A DNA stretch of 64,000 nt from Patescibacteria group bacterium. Its GTDB lineage: Bacteria; Patescibacteriota; Microgenomatia; UBA8517. How positions within the stretch are numbered: position 1 is the first letter of the stretch; every line of letters begins with the position of its first letter. Under the pieces are notes generated by a model. That model saw only the letters and a list, made by a program, of their open reading frames with translations, was not told the DNA's origin and ran no database searches. The stretch spans positions 11,067-75,066 of the forward strand of contig DATFUL010000003.1 in NCBI GenBank assembly GCA_035260845.1. Reading direction: 5' to 3'. The translations under genes and the position numbers were made by a program. Shown here one piece after another: positions 8,718-18,412 of this stretch.

Positions 8718-9983
8718 TCAAGGCAGAAGATCTTTGATTGACGAAATTACTTTTCCAAATATTCCGCTAGCTTTACTTGGTAGTTTTATCTTTTTAGTGA
8801 ATCTTGTCAAGCTTTCGTTTACAGGAACGTCATGCGCACCATAAAGTAAAAGTCCAACACAAGTTGAGAAAGACGGATTAACAACATCATCAATGAGCCC
8901 GGAAACTCCTCTTGGAATTCCAATTCTAACCGGCAAACTTAACATTCTTTTCGCAGAGTCAATTACACCTGCCGTTTCTGCTCCACCGCCAGTAATAATT
9001 GCTCCTGACGGAATTCTATTGGCAAGGCCTTCGCGCTCGAGTTCCATTCTTACCATTGTAAAAATTTCGTTTAGACGCGGTCTTATTATTCCTTCCAGTA
9101 AAGTTTTTTTTGAAATCTTAGTTACTTCAGTAACACCAAGGCCAACAAGATCCATTTCGTCTGATTCTTCTTTCTTTTTCTTATTTGACAATGCTAATTT
9201 AATTTTCTCTGCAGTTTCCAAGGAAACCCTAAGTCCAATAGCCAAATCATTGGTAACATTTTTAGCTCCGACGGGAATTACTCCTGAATAACTCAATGCA
9301 CCATCTGTATAGGCTGCAATTGAAGTCGTTCCACCACCAATATCAATTAAAACACAACCTAGTTCTTTTTCTGTTCCTGAAAGAACTGCCTCTCCTGAGG
9401 CCATACCAGAAAAAATAAGGTCATCAATCTGAACCCCCACCTCATTAATTGCCTTTTTTACATTTTTAATTGCTGCGGAGCCCGCTGAAACTATGTGTGT
9501 GTCAACTTCGAGTCTCACTCCACTCATTCCTACAGGGTCACGTACCCCAGTCTCGCCATCAACAATATATTCTCTGGGCATAACATGAATAATCTCTCGC
9601 GAGGTTGGTAGAGAAATTGCAGAGGCAGCTTCAATAGCTCGATCAACGTCATTTTGGTTTATTTCTCCATTTGGTTCGGAAATTGCAACTACTCCATGTG
9701 AGTTCTGGGAATGAATATGGGCACCCCCTAGTGCTACATAAGCCGACTCGAGATTGTAACCTGCCATCCTCTCCGCAGCCTCAACTGAGGAAATTACTGC
9801 TTCAACTGCTTCTTCAATATCTACTATTTGTCCTTTTTTAATTCCACGAGATGGAGAGGAAGCAGCTCCCATTATATTAATTGTGGTTTCCAAACTAATG
9901 GGGTCTGTTACGACCTGTGAAATTAAAGTGGCAATTTTATTGGATCCGAGTTCTATTCCAGCTATAATTCTTGATTTATTCAT
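8718..9983 (-). CDS. ftsA: Cell division protein FtsA
   Basis: GIELGSNKI, AERMAG, PVGMSGVRLE, IDIGGGTT, ITGGGA; adjacent to ftsZ. Confidence 0.97.
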   Translation of the reverse strand: MNKSRIIAGIELGSNKIATLISQVVTDPISLETTINIMGAASSPSRGIKKGQIVDIEEAVEAVISSVEAAERMAGYNLESAYVALGGAHIHSQNSHGVVAISEPNGEINQNDVDRAIEAASAISLPTSREIIHVMPREYIVDGETGVRDPVGMSGVRLEVDTHIVSAGSAAIKNVKKAINEVGVQIDDLIFSGMASGEAVLSGTEKELGCVLIDIGGGTTSIAAYTDGALSYSGVIPVGAKNVTNDLAIGLRVSLETAEKIKLALSNKKKKEESDEMDLVGLGVTEVTKISKKTLLEGIIRPRLNEIFTMVRMELEREGLANRIPSGAIITGGGAETAGVIDSAKRMLSLPVRIGIPRGVSGLIDDVVNPSFSTCVGLLLYGAHDVPVNESLTRFTKKIKLPSKASGIFGKVISSIKDLLP

Positions 9984-9986
9984 ATT

Positions 9987-10670
9987 TTATTCTTGCACTA
10001 TCCTTAATACAGGGTTTTTGTACCTCATGTCAATCTGCGAATATGTTCCGAGGTAATCGGTTGTAACTTTTGTATATATCAATCTAAATGCTCCAAGCAA
10101 AACTTCAGGTTCGCTTTCGCTCCTTATTGGAAATATTACTCTAACACCGGTAGGCATATCAACAACCAAAGCATCGTTCTCAATCGTACCATATAAAACT
10201 TGATACATCTGATTAATACCAAACATTAAATGTGATGCAAATAAATTATAATCTTCAATTGGCTCGCTCACTTTTTTTAATGGTTCAGAAGTAAAAACAG
10301 CGGGTAAGTTAGAACTAGTAGATTGCGAAAGAACGACCCCATTTTTATCAACCAAATCAAATACACCCGAAGAAATGTTTTTTATGGCAAAATAGGGTTT
10401 TTTAGAAATTATGTTTACAAGAATTGTATTGGGCAATTTAAATTGTGTAGAAAAATCAGAAACAAGTTGTAAGTTTTTTAAAACTTTTACAGTTTCCCTT
10501 TTTGCAACAAATAAATTTTTTGAATTTGATATACGAAGTTTAGAGTTTAATTCCTCCGGGCATTCCCCAAACTGGCTTTTGCATTCAATCTTAACTTTAA
10601 TAAAAAAAGGGAAAATAAACAGAAAAATAATAATCAAGAAAGACAAAATATATGCAATCTTTTTGGTCAT
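9987..10670 (-). CDS. ftsQ: FtsQ/DivIB-like cell division protein
   Basis: One N-terminal TM helix, KLPNTILVNI, LVDKNGVVL and C-terminal IDMRYKNPV; lies between murG and ftsA. Confidence 0.75.
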   Translation of the reverse strand: MTKKIAYILSFLIIIFLFIFPFFIKVKIECKSQFGECPEELNSKLRISNSKNLFVAKRETVKVLKNLQLVSDFSTQFKLPNTILVNIISKKPYFAIKNISSGVFDLVDKNGVVLSQSTSSNLPAVFTSEPLKKVSEPIEDYNLFASHLMFGINQMYQVLYGTIENDALVVDMPTGVRVIFPIRSESEPEVLLGAFRLIYTKVTTDYLGTYSQIDMRYKNPVLRIVQE

Positions 10671-11779
10671 ATATACTTTTCCAAAAGAGCAACAAGCTTT
10701 GTTGAAGCATTTATATCCGGGCTTACAATATCAGAAGTTTTTGAGATTATTTTTTGCCAGCTTTCTATAATCCGGCTTATTTCTTTGATTACAGTCTGTG
10801 GCGTTGCCTCCTTTTCAAGAAAAACTGTGGCAAGTCCAAAGCCTTGGGCATATTTTGCGTTCTTAACTTGTTCATTCATAAATGTTCTTGGAAGTGGAAT
10901 AAAGATTGCAGGACGTTTAACATAAATTATTTCGGATACAGAATTTGCTCCGGATCTACTGATTATCAAGTCAGACTGTGAGTAATAACTACCCATTTCA
11001 AACGGATCAATAGATTCATAAACCTTGTAATTTTCTTTTAGGTGACTTGGTAATGATTCTCTAAAATCATTAACCATAACAAAATCGTTTTGGCCGGTTA
11101 CATGGATTAATATAAATCTGGAAAGAAGAGTCTTAGCAATACCAACTATTAACTCATTAATAAAATTAGACCCGCGCGAACCCCCAATTACAAGTATTTT
11201 TGGTGTATTGGAAAGTAAGCTCTTGGGTTTTACATTTAAAACGTTTGCCATTAACGGATTTCCTGTAATTACAGATTTATTGCTGGGAAAATATTCCGCA
11301 CTTTCTGGCCTTGCTAGCGCTATTTTTGTTGCAAAAGAGGAAACTGATATATTTGCACGACCGCCGACAACTGTTTGTTCATGTAGTATAACGGGGATTC
11401 TAAAAACCCACGACCAAAAAACAACAGGAACTGAAGAATATCCGCCAAAAGATAAAACTATGTTAGGTTTAATTTCCAACAAACTTCGAAAGGCTTCCAT
11501 AAACCCTAAAGGTATTTTAAGAATTGAAGGGATTGTATGTCTTGTGAATTTGGTTTGGATTTTTCCGGCATTAATGGAGATAAATTTGACACCCATGTTT
11601 GGAAAAACCATTGATTCAAGAGTTCCAACTTTAGAGCCTTCCATGGCTCTACTTGAGCCCAGCCAATATATAAAAGCGTTTTTTAGGTTTTTAGTTTTTC
11701 TAATTTCCTCGACAACCGCTATGCCAGTTGTTGCCGCATGACCGCCAGTTAAGAGAATTTTAGGGTCTGTGTTTTTCAT
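10667..11779 (-). CDS. murG: Lipid I GlcNAc transferase MurG
   Basis: SFGGYSSVP, HEQT, TGNP, GGSRGS, SRSGANSVSE, Q..NA. The N-terminal glycine loop is variant (TGGHA). Confidence 0.92.
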   Translation of the reverse strand: MKNTDPKILLTGGHAATTGIAVVEEIRKTKNLKNAFIYWLGSSRAMEGSKVGTLESMVFPNMGVKFISINAGKIQTKFTRHTIPSILKIPLGFMEAFRSLLEIKPNIVLSFGGYSSVPVVFWSWVFRIPVILHEQTVVGGRANISVSSFATKIALARPESAEYFPSNKSVITGNPLMANVLNVKPKSLLSNTPKILVIGGSRGSNFINELIVGIAKTLLSRFILIHVTGQNDFVMVNDFRESLPSHLKENYKVYESIDPFEMGSYYSQSDLIISRSGANSVSEIIYVKRPAIFIPLPRTFMNEQVKNAKYAQGFGLATVFLEKEATPQTVIKEISRIIESWQKIISKTSDIVSPDINASTKLVALLEKYI

Positions 11780-12897
11780 GATTTGAATATCGGCTTACTT
11801 TGAGTCTTCGAAAAACAAGCTTTGCTTATATTTAAGAGTATACCGCATGCAGAAAGTATGGTCACAAGACTACTGCCTCCATAAGAAATAAATGGTAAAG
11901 GTATACCGGTTAAAGGAACGAGCGCTACCATTGAAGCGATGTTTAAAAAAGCCTGTCCGGCTACCCAAACAGTTATACCCGTTGCAAGAACTCTAGAAAA
12001 AGTATCAGGTGCATTTTTTGCAATCATTAACCCTTTATAAAGAAAGTATCCAAAAAGAAAGATAACAATAGAAGCACCAATCAAACCCAATTCCTCCGCA
12101 ATTACAGCAAAAATTGAATCGGTTGAACTCTCAGGAAGGAACAAATATTTTTGCCGTGAAGCTCCAAGCCCTACCCCAAATATTCCACCGGACCCGAGTC
12201 CAAGTAAGATTTGACGAATATGATAAGACGCCCCAAGCGGATCGCGCTCAGTTTGCAAGAAAGTCAAAAGACGTTCCTTTCTATATGGGGATATTAAAAT
12301 TAGACCAAACGTCCCCAAAGCTCCGATAATTAATGCACCAGAAAAATAGACCAAGTTGATTCCAGAGATAAATATTTCACTTAAAGCAATTATTGAAACA
12401 GTAAGTGTTGTGCCTAAATCAGGTTGAAGCATAATCAGCCCCGATACAATTAGAACAGGTAAAAAATAAGAGGCTGCACTTTTGTTTTTCGATGCAACTT
12501 TGGCCAAAAACATAGCCAAACTGAGTTTAATTAGTTCCGAAGGTTGAAAACTAAAAAAACCTGCATCAATCCAGCGCCGTGCTCCAAGTGCTGTAAAACC
12601 AAGCCGGGGCAAAAGTACTAGAACTAAAAGAAGTAGGGATAATAAAAAAAATGGAGTTGCCAACTTTTCCCAAAATTTATAGTTAATTTTTGAAGTTACA
12701 AAAAGAGCAACTATACCAACACCAGCCCAAACAAGTTGCTGCTTAAACAGGTAAAATTTATCTCCGTAAGTATTTAAAGCCTGTGGGGCTGAAGCATCAG
12801 CTACAGCAATTAGCCCTATAAAAACGAGGACAAAAATCAGAATAAATAAGCTATGGTCGGCGTAAGTTTTTTGTTTGGCAAGTTTAATTTTTCGCAC
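11776..12897 (-). CDS. ftsW: Cell division protein FtsW (SEDS)
   Basis: GARRWI, FQPSELIK, LQPDLGT, LPESSTDSIFAVIAEELG, PLTGIPLPFISYGGSS. Start placed at GTG 12897, just after the mraY stop. Confidence 0.93.
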   Translation of the reverse strand: MRKIKLAKQKTYADHSLFILIFVLVFIGLIAVADASAPQALNTYGDKFYLFKQQLVWAGVGIVALFVTSKINYKFWEKLATPFFLLSLLLLVLVLLPRLGFTALGARRWIDAGFFSFQPSELIKLSLAMFLAKVASKNKSAASYFLPVLIVSGLIMLQPDLGTTLTVSIIALSEIFISGINLVYFSGALIIGALGTFGLILISPYRKERLLTFLQTERDPLGASYHIRQILLGLGSGGIFGVGLGASRQKYLFLPESSTDSIFAVIAEELGLIGASIVIFLFGYFLYKGLMIAKNAPDTFSRVLATGITVWVAGQAFLNIASMVALVPLTGIPLPFISYGGSSLVTILSACGILLNISKACFSKTQSKPIFKS

Positions 12898-12901
12898 ATT
12901 A

Positions 12902-13957
12902 CTAGATTGTAGAAAGCCATAGTCCAAAAATAGAGAGCATGATTCCTAAAAGCCAAGCCCTCATTACAATCTTAGGTTCTTCCCAACCTTTGGCTAAAAA
13001 CGCATTGTGTGCAGGAGCTATAGAAAAAAACGGGCGACCGCGAAACTTCCAAGACATGATCTGAATCGCCGAGGAAGCAACTTCAAAAATAAAAATTCCA
13101 CCCATTACAATCAAAGCTACAATGCTTCCGGTAAGAAGTCCGATTACAGCAAGTGTTGCCCCAAAAGAAAGAGCACCGGTGTCCCCCATAAAAATTCTGG
13201 CCGGCCAAATATTAAAATATAAAAACGCAAGAAGTGAACCAATCCAAAGCGCAATAAATAAAGAAAGTGGAGTATCAAGGTGCCCCGCAACTATTATTCC
13301 AAAAGCAGCAAGACATATTAAAAGAAGTCCGGTAGCTAGTCCATCCAAGCCATCAGTAATATTGTAAGCATTTGTAAAAGAAACAATTACAAGTGCAGAT
13401 AATGGAACGTACCAAAAACCCAAATCAATTACGCGTCCTAAAAGCGGGATGTGAATTATATGTATCCCTAAGTTATTGTAAATCATAAACCCAACAATAA
13501 ATGCCAAAATCCATTGAAGAATAAATTTCTGTCTTCGTCTAAGACCAAACCATAAGCCAAGAATTCCTTTAGTTGGCTTTGTGAATAATTTTAGAAAATC
13601 ATCTGAAAGTCCAAGGATGCCAAATGAAATAAAAGTGAAAAATATTATAGTTAGCTCTGAACGTAAACTATAAGAAGTTTTAATATATACCCCTAAATGT
13701 GAAGCGAGCGGAAAAAGAATCGCAAAGAGTATGCTAACGAGCGCGATAATAATTACACCGCCCCCAATTGGGGTTCCAGCTTTTATGTCGTGCATCTTAT
13801 CAAAAAGCGGAATCTTACCACGCTTCGGAGCTTCCGCCCTCCTTGTGAAACGAAGTTTATATAGTAAATTAATAAACGGAACTATTAAAACCGAGGAAAT
13901 AAGAAAGGAAAATATAACGAGCCCCAAGGCTAGGGGTAAAAAGTTAGAAGTATTCAT
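12902..13957 (-). CDS. mraY: Phospho-MurNAc-pentapeptide translocase
   Basis: KAGTPIGGG, GLSDD, NAYNITDGLDGLA, PARIFMGDTGA, GWEEPKIV. Confidence 0.95.
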   Translation of the reverse strand: MNTSNFLPLALGLVIFSFLISSVLIVPFINLLYKLRFTRRAEAPKRGKIPLFDKMHDIKAGTPIGGGVIIIALVSILFAILFPLASHLGVYIKTSYSLRSELTIIFFTFISFGILGLSDDFLKLFTKPTKGILGLWFGLRRRQKFILQWILAFIVGFMIYNNLGIHIIHIPLLGRVIDLGFWYVPLSALVIVSFTNAYNITDGLDGLATGLLLICLAAFGIIVAGHLDTPLSLFIALWIGSLLAFLYFNIWPARIFMGDTGALSFGATLAVIGLLTGSIVALIVMGGIFIFEVASSAIQIMSWKFRGRPFFSIAPAHNAFLAKGWEEPKIVMRAWLLGIMLSIFGLWLSTI

Positions 13958-13978
13958 ATCCTCGTGAAAACTATTATA

Positions 13979-15124
13979 CTACACAAGGGTATCAACAAGC
14001 TTATCAAGGCCAATCGAACGTGAGCCTTTGATCAAAATATAATTGCCATTCTTTAAATATTGGGTTATCAATTTACGCGCAGATTTTTCATCATCAACTA
14101 GAACGGTTTCGGTATTTTTAGAGCCATTTTTTATTTCTTCAATTAAATATTTTGAAGCTTTTCCGACGGCTATAATTCCACTAAAGCCCATCTTTGCAAT
14201 TACTTTCCCAATCTGACGGTGAGAAGACTCCTCATATTGTCCAAGTTGTTTCATATCTCCAATAACTGCATACATTTTTTTGTCTTTAGCCATCTTTCCA
14301 AAATAACTCAAGGAACTTAGCGCAGCTTCCGGGTTATTGTTATAGCTATCATCAAGAATAATAGCACCTGACTTGTGATGCAAAACAGAAAGTCTATGTT
14401 TTGGCTTTTGATAGTTTTTTATTCCAGTTTCTATGCTTGCACTATCTATTCCCAAACCTACGGCAACAGTTAAAGCAATTTCTGAGTTTTGAATAATTGG
14501 GTCACTAATGATCTTAAACTTTAAAACTCTTGCTTTAATCTGACTTAATATTGATTTTGAAATATAACTTTCATTCAGAACCGCGACTCCATTCTTAGAA
14601 AGGCCTAAGACTAATTTACTTTTTTCTTTAAGTACACCATCAACATCCCCAAAAAATTCCAAATGCGTTGGAAAGATGTTTGTTATAGCGGCGACATCAG
14701 GTACTGCCATCCATAAATAAAAATCCATTTCTCCCGGATATTCAACGCCCATTTCTAAAATCAAATATTTTGTGTCAATTCCTGCTCTTAAGATTGTATT
14801 GGGGATGTTGTAAACAGGATCAATACTTTCCCTTGACCAAACAGTTCTTCCAACATGTGAACAAATAGACGCAAGCATTTGGGTTGTGGTTGTTTTACCC
14901 GAACTTCCTGTTATGCCAATTACTTTTATATCGGTAAATTTTCTTAAAAACTCCAGATATTTTTTAGCAAGCCTTCTTTTGATAGGGTGTATAAACCAAT
15001 TCGAAAAAAAATGAATAACTATTTTTAATGGATTTTTATCTATTAAAAGTGGCAATTCAAAAACATCTTCATATGGAAGTTTCGGTGTCACCCACCACTG
15101 TAGGATTGGATTAACTTTCTTCAT
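13979..15124 (-). CDS. murF: UDP-MurNAc-tripeptide:D-Ala-D-Ala ligase (lacks the usual N-terminal domain)
   Basis: GITGSSGKTTT, LEMG, THLEFFG, DDSYNNNP, GDMKQLG, LIKGSR. Confidence 0.9.
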   Translation of the reverse strand: MKKVNPILQWWVTPKLPYEDVFELPLLIDKNPLKIVIHFFSNWFIHPIKRRLAKKYLEFLRKFTDIKVIGITGSSGKTTTTQMLASICSHVGRTVWSRESIDPVYNIPNTILRAGIDTKYLILEMGVEYPGEMDFYLWMAVPDVAAITNIFPTHLEFFGDVDGVLKEKSKLVLGLSKNGVAVLNESYISKSILSQIKARVLKFKIISDPIIQNSEIALTVAVGLGIDSASIETGIKNYQKPKHRLSVLHHKSGAIILDDSYNNNPEAALSSLSYFGKMAKDKKMYAVIGDMKQLGQYEESSHRQIGKVIAKMGFSGIIAVGKASKYLIEEIKNGSKNTETVLVDDEKSARKLITQYLKNGNYILIKGSRSIGLDKLVDTLV

Positions 15125-16266
15125 ACGATTATTCTGGGAAGAAGCGGGTTGATTCTCGCTACTACTTCATAATTAATTGTACCAATTTTTTTAGCCCATT
15201 CATCCGCAGAAACTTTTAGGCCATCTTTATTGCCAAGCAACGCCACTTCATCTTCAAGTTTTACATTTTTAACATCTGTAACATCAATCATGATCATATT
15301 CATGGCCACCCTGCCAACAACGTTTGCATAACTTCCGTTAATGATTACTCTGCCAATATTTGAAAGTCTTCTATCGTATCCATCTGAATATCCAACTGGA
15401 ATTACTGCAATTCTTGTCTTCCTGGTTGCAAACCAGGTTCGCCCATAGCCAACCGATTCCCCCACATTAATATACTTAATCTGTGCAACAAGGCTCTTCC
15501 AGGTTAAGACAGGCTTCAAATCAAGATCTCTTTTTTGTGCCAAAAGTGACACTCTTGTTTCTAACGAAGACCACCATCCATAAATTCCAAACCCAATCCT
15601 TACCATCGAAAAATGTGTTTCGGGATACAGTAATGTACCTGCTGATGCAGCACTGTGAATAAATGATGGATGGAAACCCTCCCCATGAATAACTCTAATC
15701 GCTTTTTTGAACTCAGAAAGTTGAGCCATTGGAAATGTCGAATCGAGCGTGTCCTCTATATTAGCAAAGTGGGTTGATACCCCCTCCAGTAATAAATAGT
15801 CTCTATGGTTTTTAATAAACTTAAGGAATCTTAATAAATCCTTTATTTGAATACCCTGTCTATTTAAACCAGTTTCAATTTTTAAATGGATTTTGGCAGG
15901 TTTGTTCAATTTGAGAGATAGAATTCTTTTTATAGTCTCCATGTTGTAGACAACAAACGAAATATCATTTTTGATTGCGACCGAAAGATTTATTAATGTT
16001 ATATATCCAAGAACTACTATTGGGATGTGGGAATCTATTTGACGAATGGTAAGGGCTTCATCAATACTGTCAACAGCAAAAACGTCAACTTTGTCTTTCA
16101 AAAGTAAAATTGTTTCTTTAAGACCGTGACCGTAAGCATTTGCTTTTACAACAACTCCTAATTTTACATTTTTTCCAATACATTTCCGAAAAACATTAAC
16201 GTTAGAAATCAAAGCTTTTTTTGAAATCTCAACCCATATCTTGAACCCATTATCCTTAGATTGCAT
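15121..16266 (-). CDS. alr: Alanine racemase
   Basis: VVKANAYGHG (PLP Lys), HLKIETGLNRQG, VGYGRTW, GYSDG, GRVAMN, GTINYE. Confidence 0.97.
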   Translation of the reverse strand: MQSKDNGFKIWVEISKKALISNVNVFRKCIGKNVKLGVVVKANAYGHGLKETILLLKDKVDVFAVDSIDEALTIRQIDSHIPIVVLGYITLINLSVAIKNDISFVVYNMETIKRILSLKLNKPAKIHLKIETGLNRQGIQIKDLLRFLKFIKNHRDYLLLEGVSTHFANIEDTLDSTFPMAQLSEFKKAIRVIHGEGFHPSFIHSAASAGTLLYPETHFSMVRIGFGIYGWWSSLETRVSLLAQKRDLDLKPVLTWKSLVAQIKYINVGESVGYGRTWFATRKTRIAVIPVGYSDGYDRRLSNIGRVIINGSYANVVGRVAMNMIMIDVTDVKNVKLEDEVALLGNKDGLKVSADEWAKKIGTINYEVVARINPLLPRIIV

Positions 16267-17182
16267 ATCCGATTATCATATCCAAAAGTTTGGAATAGTC
16301 AATTCCGGCAGCTTTTGCCGCTTTAGGTAATAGAGAGGCTGGTGTTAAACCCGGGCTTGTATTTATTTCGAGAACAATCGGGTATTTACCATCTTTTAAT
16401 ATAAAATCTATCCTCGACACGCCTTTACAACCAACAGCCTTATAGACTTTAATAGCCATTTCTTTAACCTTTTTGGTTAGTTCAGGAGAAATTCTGGCGG
16501 GAACAATTTCCAGGGCACCCTTGTCGGTATATTTGGATTTATAATCAAAAAAATTTCCTTTTAAGGCTTGTATTTCGATTACAGGTAAAGCGATTGGATT
16601 TTTGTTCCCCAGAACTGCACAAGTAAGTTCTATTCCTTCAATATATTCGTCAACCAAAGCAATCTGACTATATTTAAGAGCAAGATTAAGAGCCGACCTT
16701 AAATCCTTTGTTTGTTTAACTAGCGATGCACCCACAGACGAACCCTGATCATAAGGTTTTATAAAATATGAGGGTTTACCAAGGTTGGAGGATACTTTTT
16801 TAAGACTCTCACCTTTTTCAAACGTAACAAACTTTGGAATAGGAATATTTTCCGAAACCATTATTTTTCTAAACATGACTTTATCTATCCCAATTGAAGA
16901 TGCTAAAACTCCCGGTCCTGTGTATGGGATTCCAAAAAGGTCTAGCATTCCTTGAACCGTGCCATCTTCACCGAATGGACCATGCATTGCGATATAAACA
17001 ACGTCGGGTTTTATTTTTAATATTCCTTCAATCCCCTTTCCAGATTTTGGTATAGGAAGGGGAATAACTCTATATTTATTTTTATCAAGTTGTTTTACGA
17101 CTTCTTTACCCGAAATCATCGAAACATCATGCTCAGGGGACTTTCCACCCATTAGCACAGCAACTTTAATTTTTTTGTCCAT
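16256..17182 (-). CDS. ddl: D-alanine--D-alanine ligase
   Basis: GGKSPEHDVS, HGPFGEDGTVQG, GSSVG, FDYKSKY, LEINTSPG. Confidence 0.97.
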   Translation of the reverse strand: MDKKIKVAVLMGGKSPEHDVSMISGKEVVKQLDKNKYRVIPLPIPKSGKGIEGILKIKPDVVYIAMHGPFGEDGTVQGMLDLFGIPYTGPGVLASSIGIDKVMFRKIMVSENIPIPKFVTFEKGESLKKVSSNLGKPSYFIKPYDQGSSVGASLVKQTKDLRSALNLALKYSQIALVDEYIEGIELTCAVLGNKNPIALPVIEIQALKGNFFDYKSKYTDKGALEIVPARISPELTKKVKEMAIKVYKAVGCKGVSRIDFILKDGKYPIVLEINTSPGLTPASLLPKAAKAAGIDYSKLLDMIIGYAI

Positions 17183-18410
17183 TTAATGTATTGACTGCGG
17201 ATTTAAATTGATTTCCACGGTCCTTGTAATTTTCAAACATATCAAAACTGGCAGCAGCTGGGGAAAGAATTACAACGCCACCTTTTGGTGTTATCTCAAA
17301 CGCTTTTTTAACAATTTCTAGCATTGTGGAGGTTCCTAAATCCAAAATATTTTTATTGATAATGTATTTTTTAATTTGATCTCTAATCAAACCAATTAAA
17401 ATAATATTTTTGACATTTTCTTTTTGAGAAACAACTTTTCCGAGTTCCGAATAATTCAAACCTTTGTCAGATCCCCCAAGTATTAAAGTTTCCGATTCTG
17501 TAAAAGAATTAATTGCAGCAATGGTAGGCTGTGGTCCAGTTGCAAAAGAATCATTGTAGAAGGTAATATCGTCGATAGTATTAACTAATTCTAAACGATG
17601 CTCTAGACCCTTAAAGTTCCTGACAACTTCTAGAATTTCTTCATCATTTATTCCCAAAATTTTTCCAACTGAAACGGCAGCTGCAATATTTTCTAGATTA
17701 TGTTCTCCACGAAGAAGCAAGCCGGTTTTAAATTTGTCTTGCAACTTTGGTTTGGAAAAAAACACAATTTTCGCTTTTGTAAGTTTTGCAAAATTTTTCG
17801 ATGATTCATATTCCTCGTTTATCACAGAAAAATCATTTATGGATTGATGACTTACGATATTCTTTTTAGCATTAACGTATTCATCCTGATCTTTATGCCA
17901 ATCCATATGGTCGGAGGTAATGTTTAATACAACCGCAATATGTGGTGAGATATTTAAATCGATTAACTGAAAAGAAGACATCTCAAGTATTACCCATGAG
18001 TCCTTTGTGAGTTTTGGTAAGAGCTCTAAATATGGTTTGCCAATATTCCCTGCCAAATAAACATCCTTTTTAGCCTTTTTAAGAATTTCATAAATTAAAG
18101 TGGAAGTTGTTCCTTTACCTTTTGTGCCAGTAACACCAATTATCTTTGCTGGACAGTTTTCAAAAAATATTTTTATAGGGCTGGTTATTGTTATTCCACT
18201 TTTTTCAGCCTCAACAATCTCTGGAAGGAAACGATAAACTCCAGCAGAGCGAACAATTACATCAAAGTTCTTTAGATTTTCCAAATAATTTTCATCAAAT
18301 TTTTTATCAAGAACTGCAACTTTCGCTTTTTCTGTTTGCAAAAATTTTTCAACATCCTGACCCTCAATTCCATATCCTAAGATAGCAACTTTTTTGTTTA
18401 GATAATTCAT
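17166..18410 (-). CDS. murD: UDP-MurNAc-L-Ala:D-Glu ligase
   Basis: GVTGTKGKGTT, AGNIG, EMSSFQL, DHMDWH, HRLE, NDSFAT, LSPAAASFDMF..RG. Confidence 0.96.
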   Translation of the reverse strand: MNYLNKKVAILGYGIEGQDVEKFLQTEKAKVAVLDKKFDENYLENLKNFDVIVRSAGVYRFLPEIVEAEKSGITITSPIKIFFENCPAKIIGVTGTKGKGTTSTLIYEILKKAKKDVYLAGNIGKPYLELLPKLTKDSWVILEMSSFQLIDLNISPHIAVVLNITSDHMDWHKDQDEYVNAKKNIVSHQSINDFSVINEEYESSKNFAKLTKAKIVFFSKPKLQDKFKTGLLLRGEHNLENIAAAVSVGKILGINDEEILEVVRNFKGLEHRLELVNTIDDITFYNDSFATGPQPTIAAINSFTESETLILGGSDKGLNYSELGKVVSQKENVKNIILIGLIRDQIKKYIINKNILDLGTSTMLEIVKKAFEITPKGGVVILSPAAASFDMFENYKDRGNQFKSAVNTLNGQKN

Positions 18411-18412
18411 AA

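Noticed and set aside
16256-17182. Van-type D-Ala-D-Lac ligase
   Set aside because: The omega loop FDYKSKY keeps the Tyr typical of D-Ala-D-Ala ligases, and there are no vanH or vanX neighbours.
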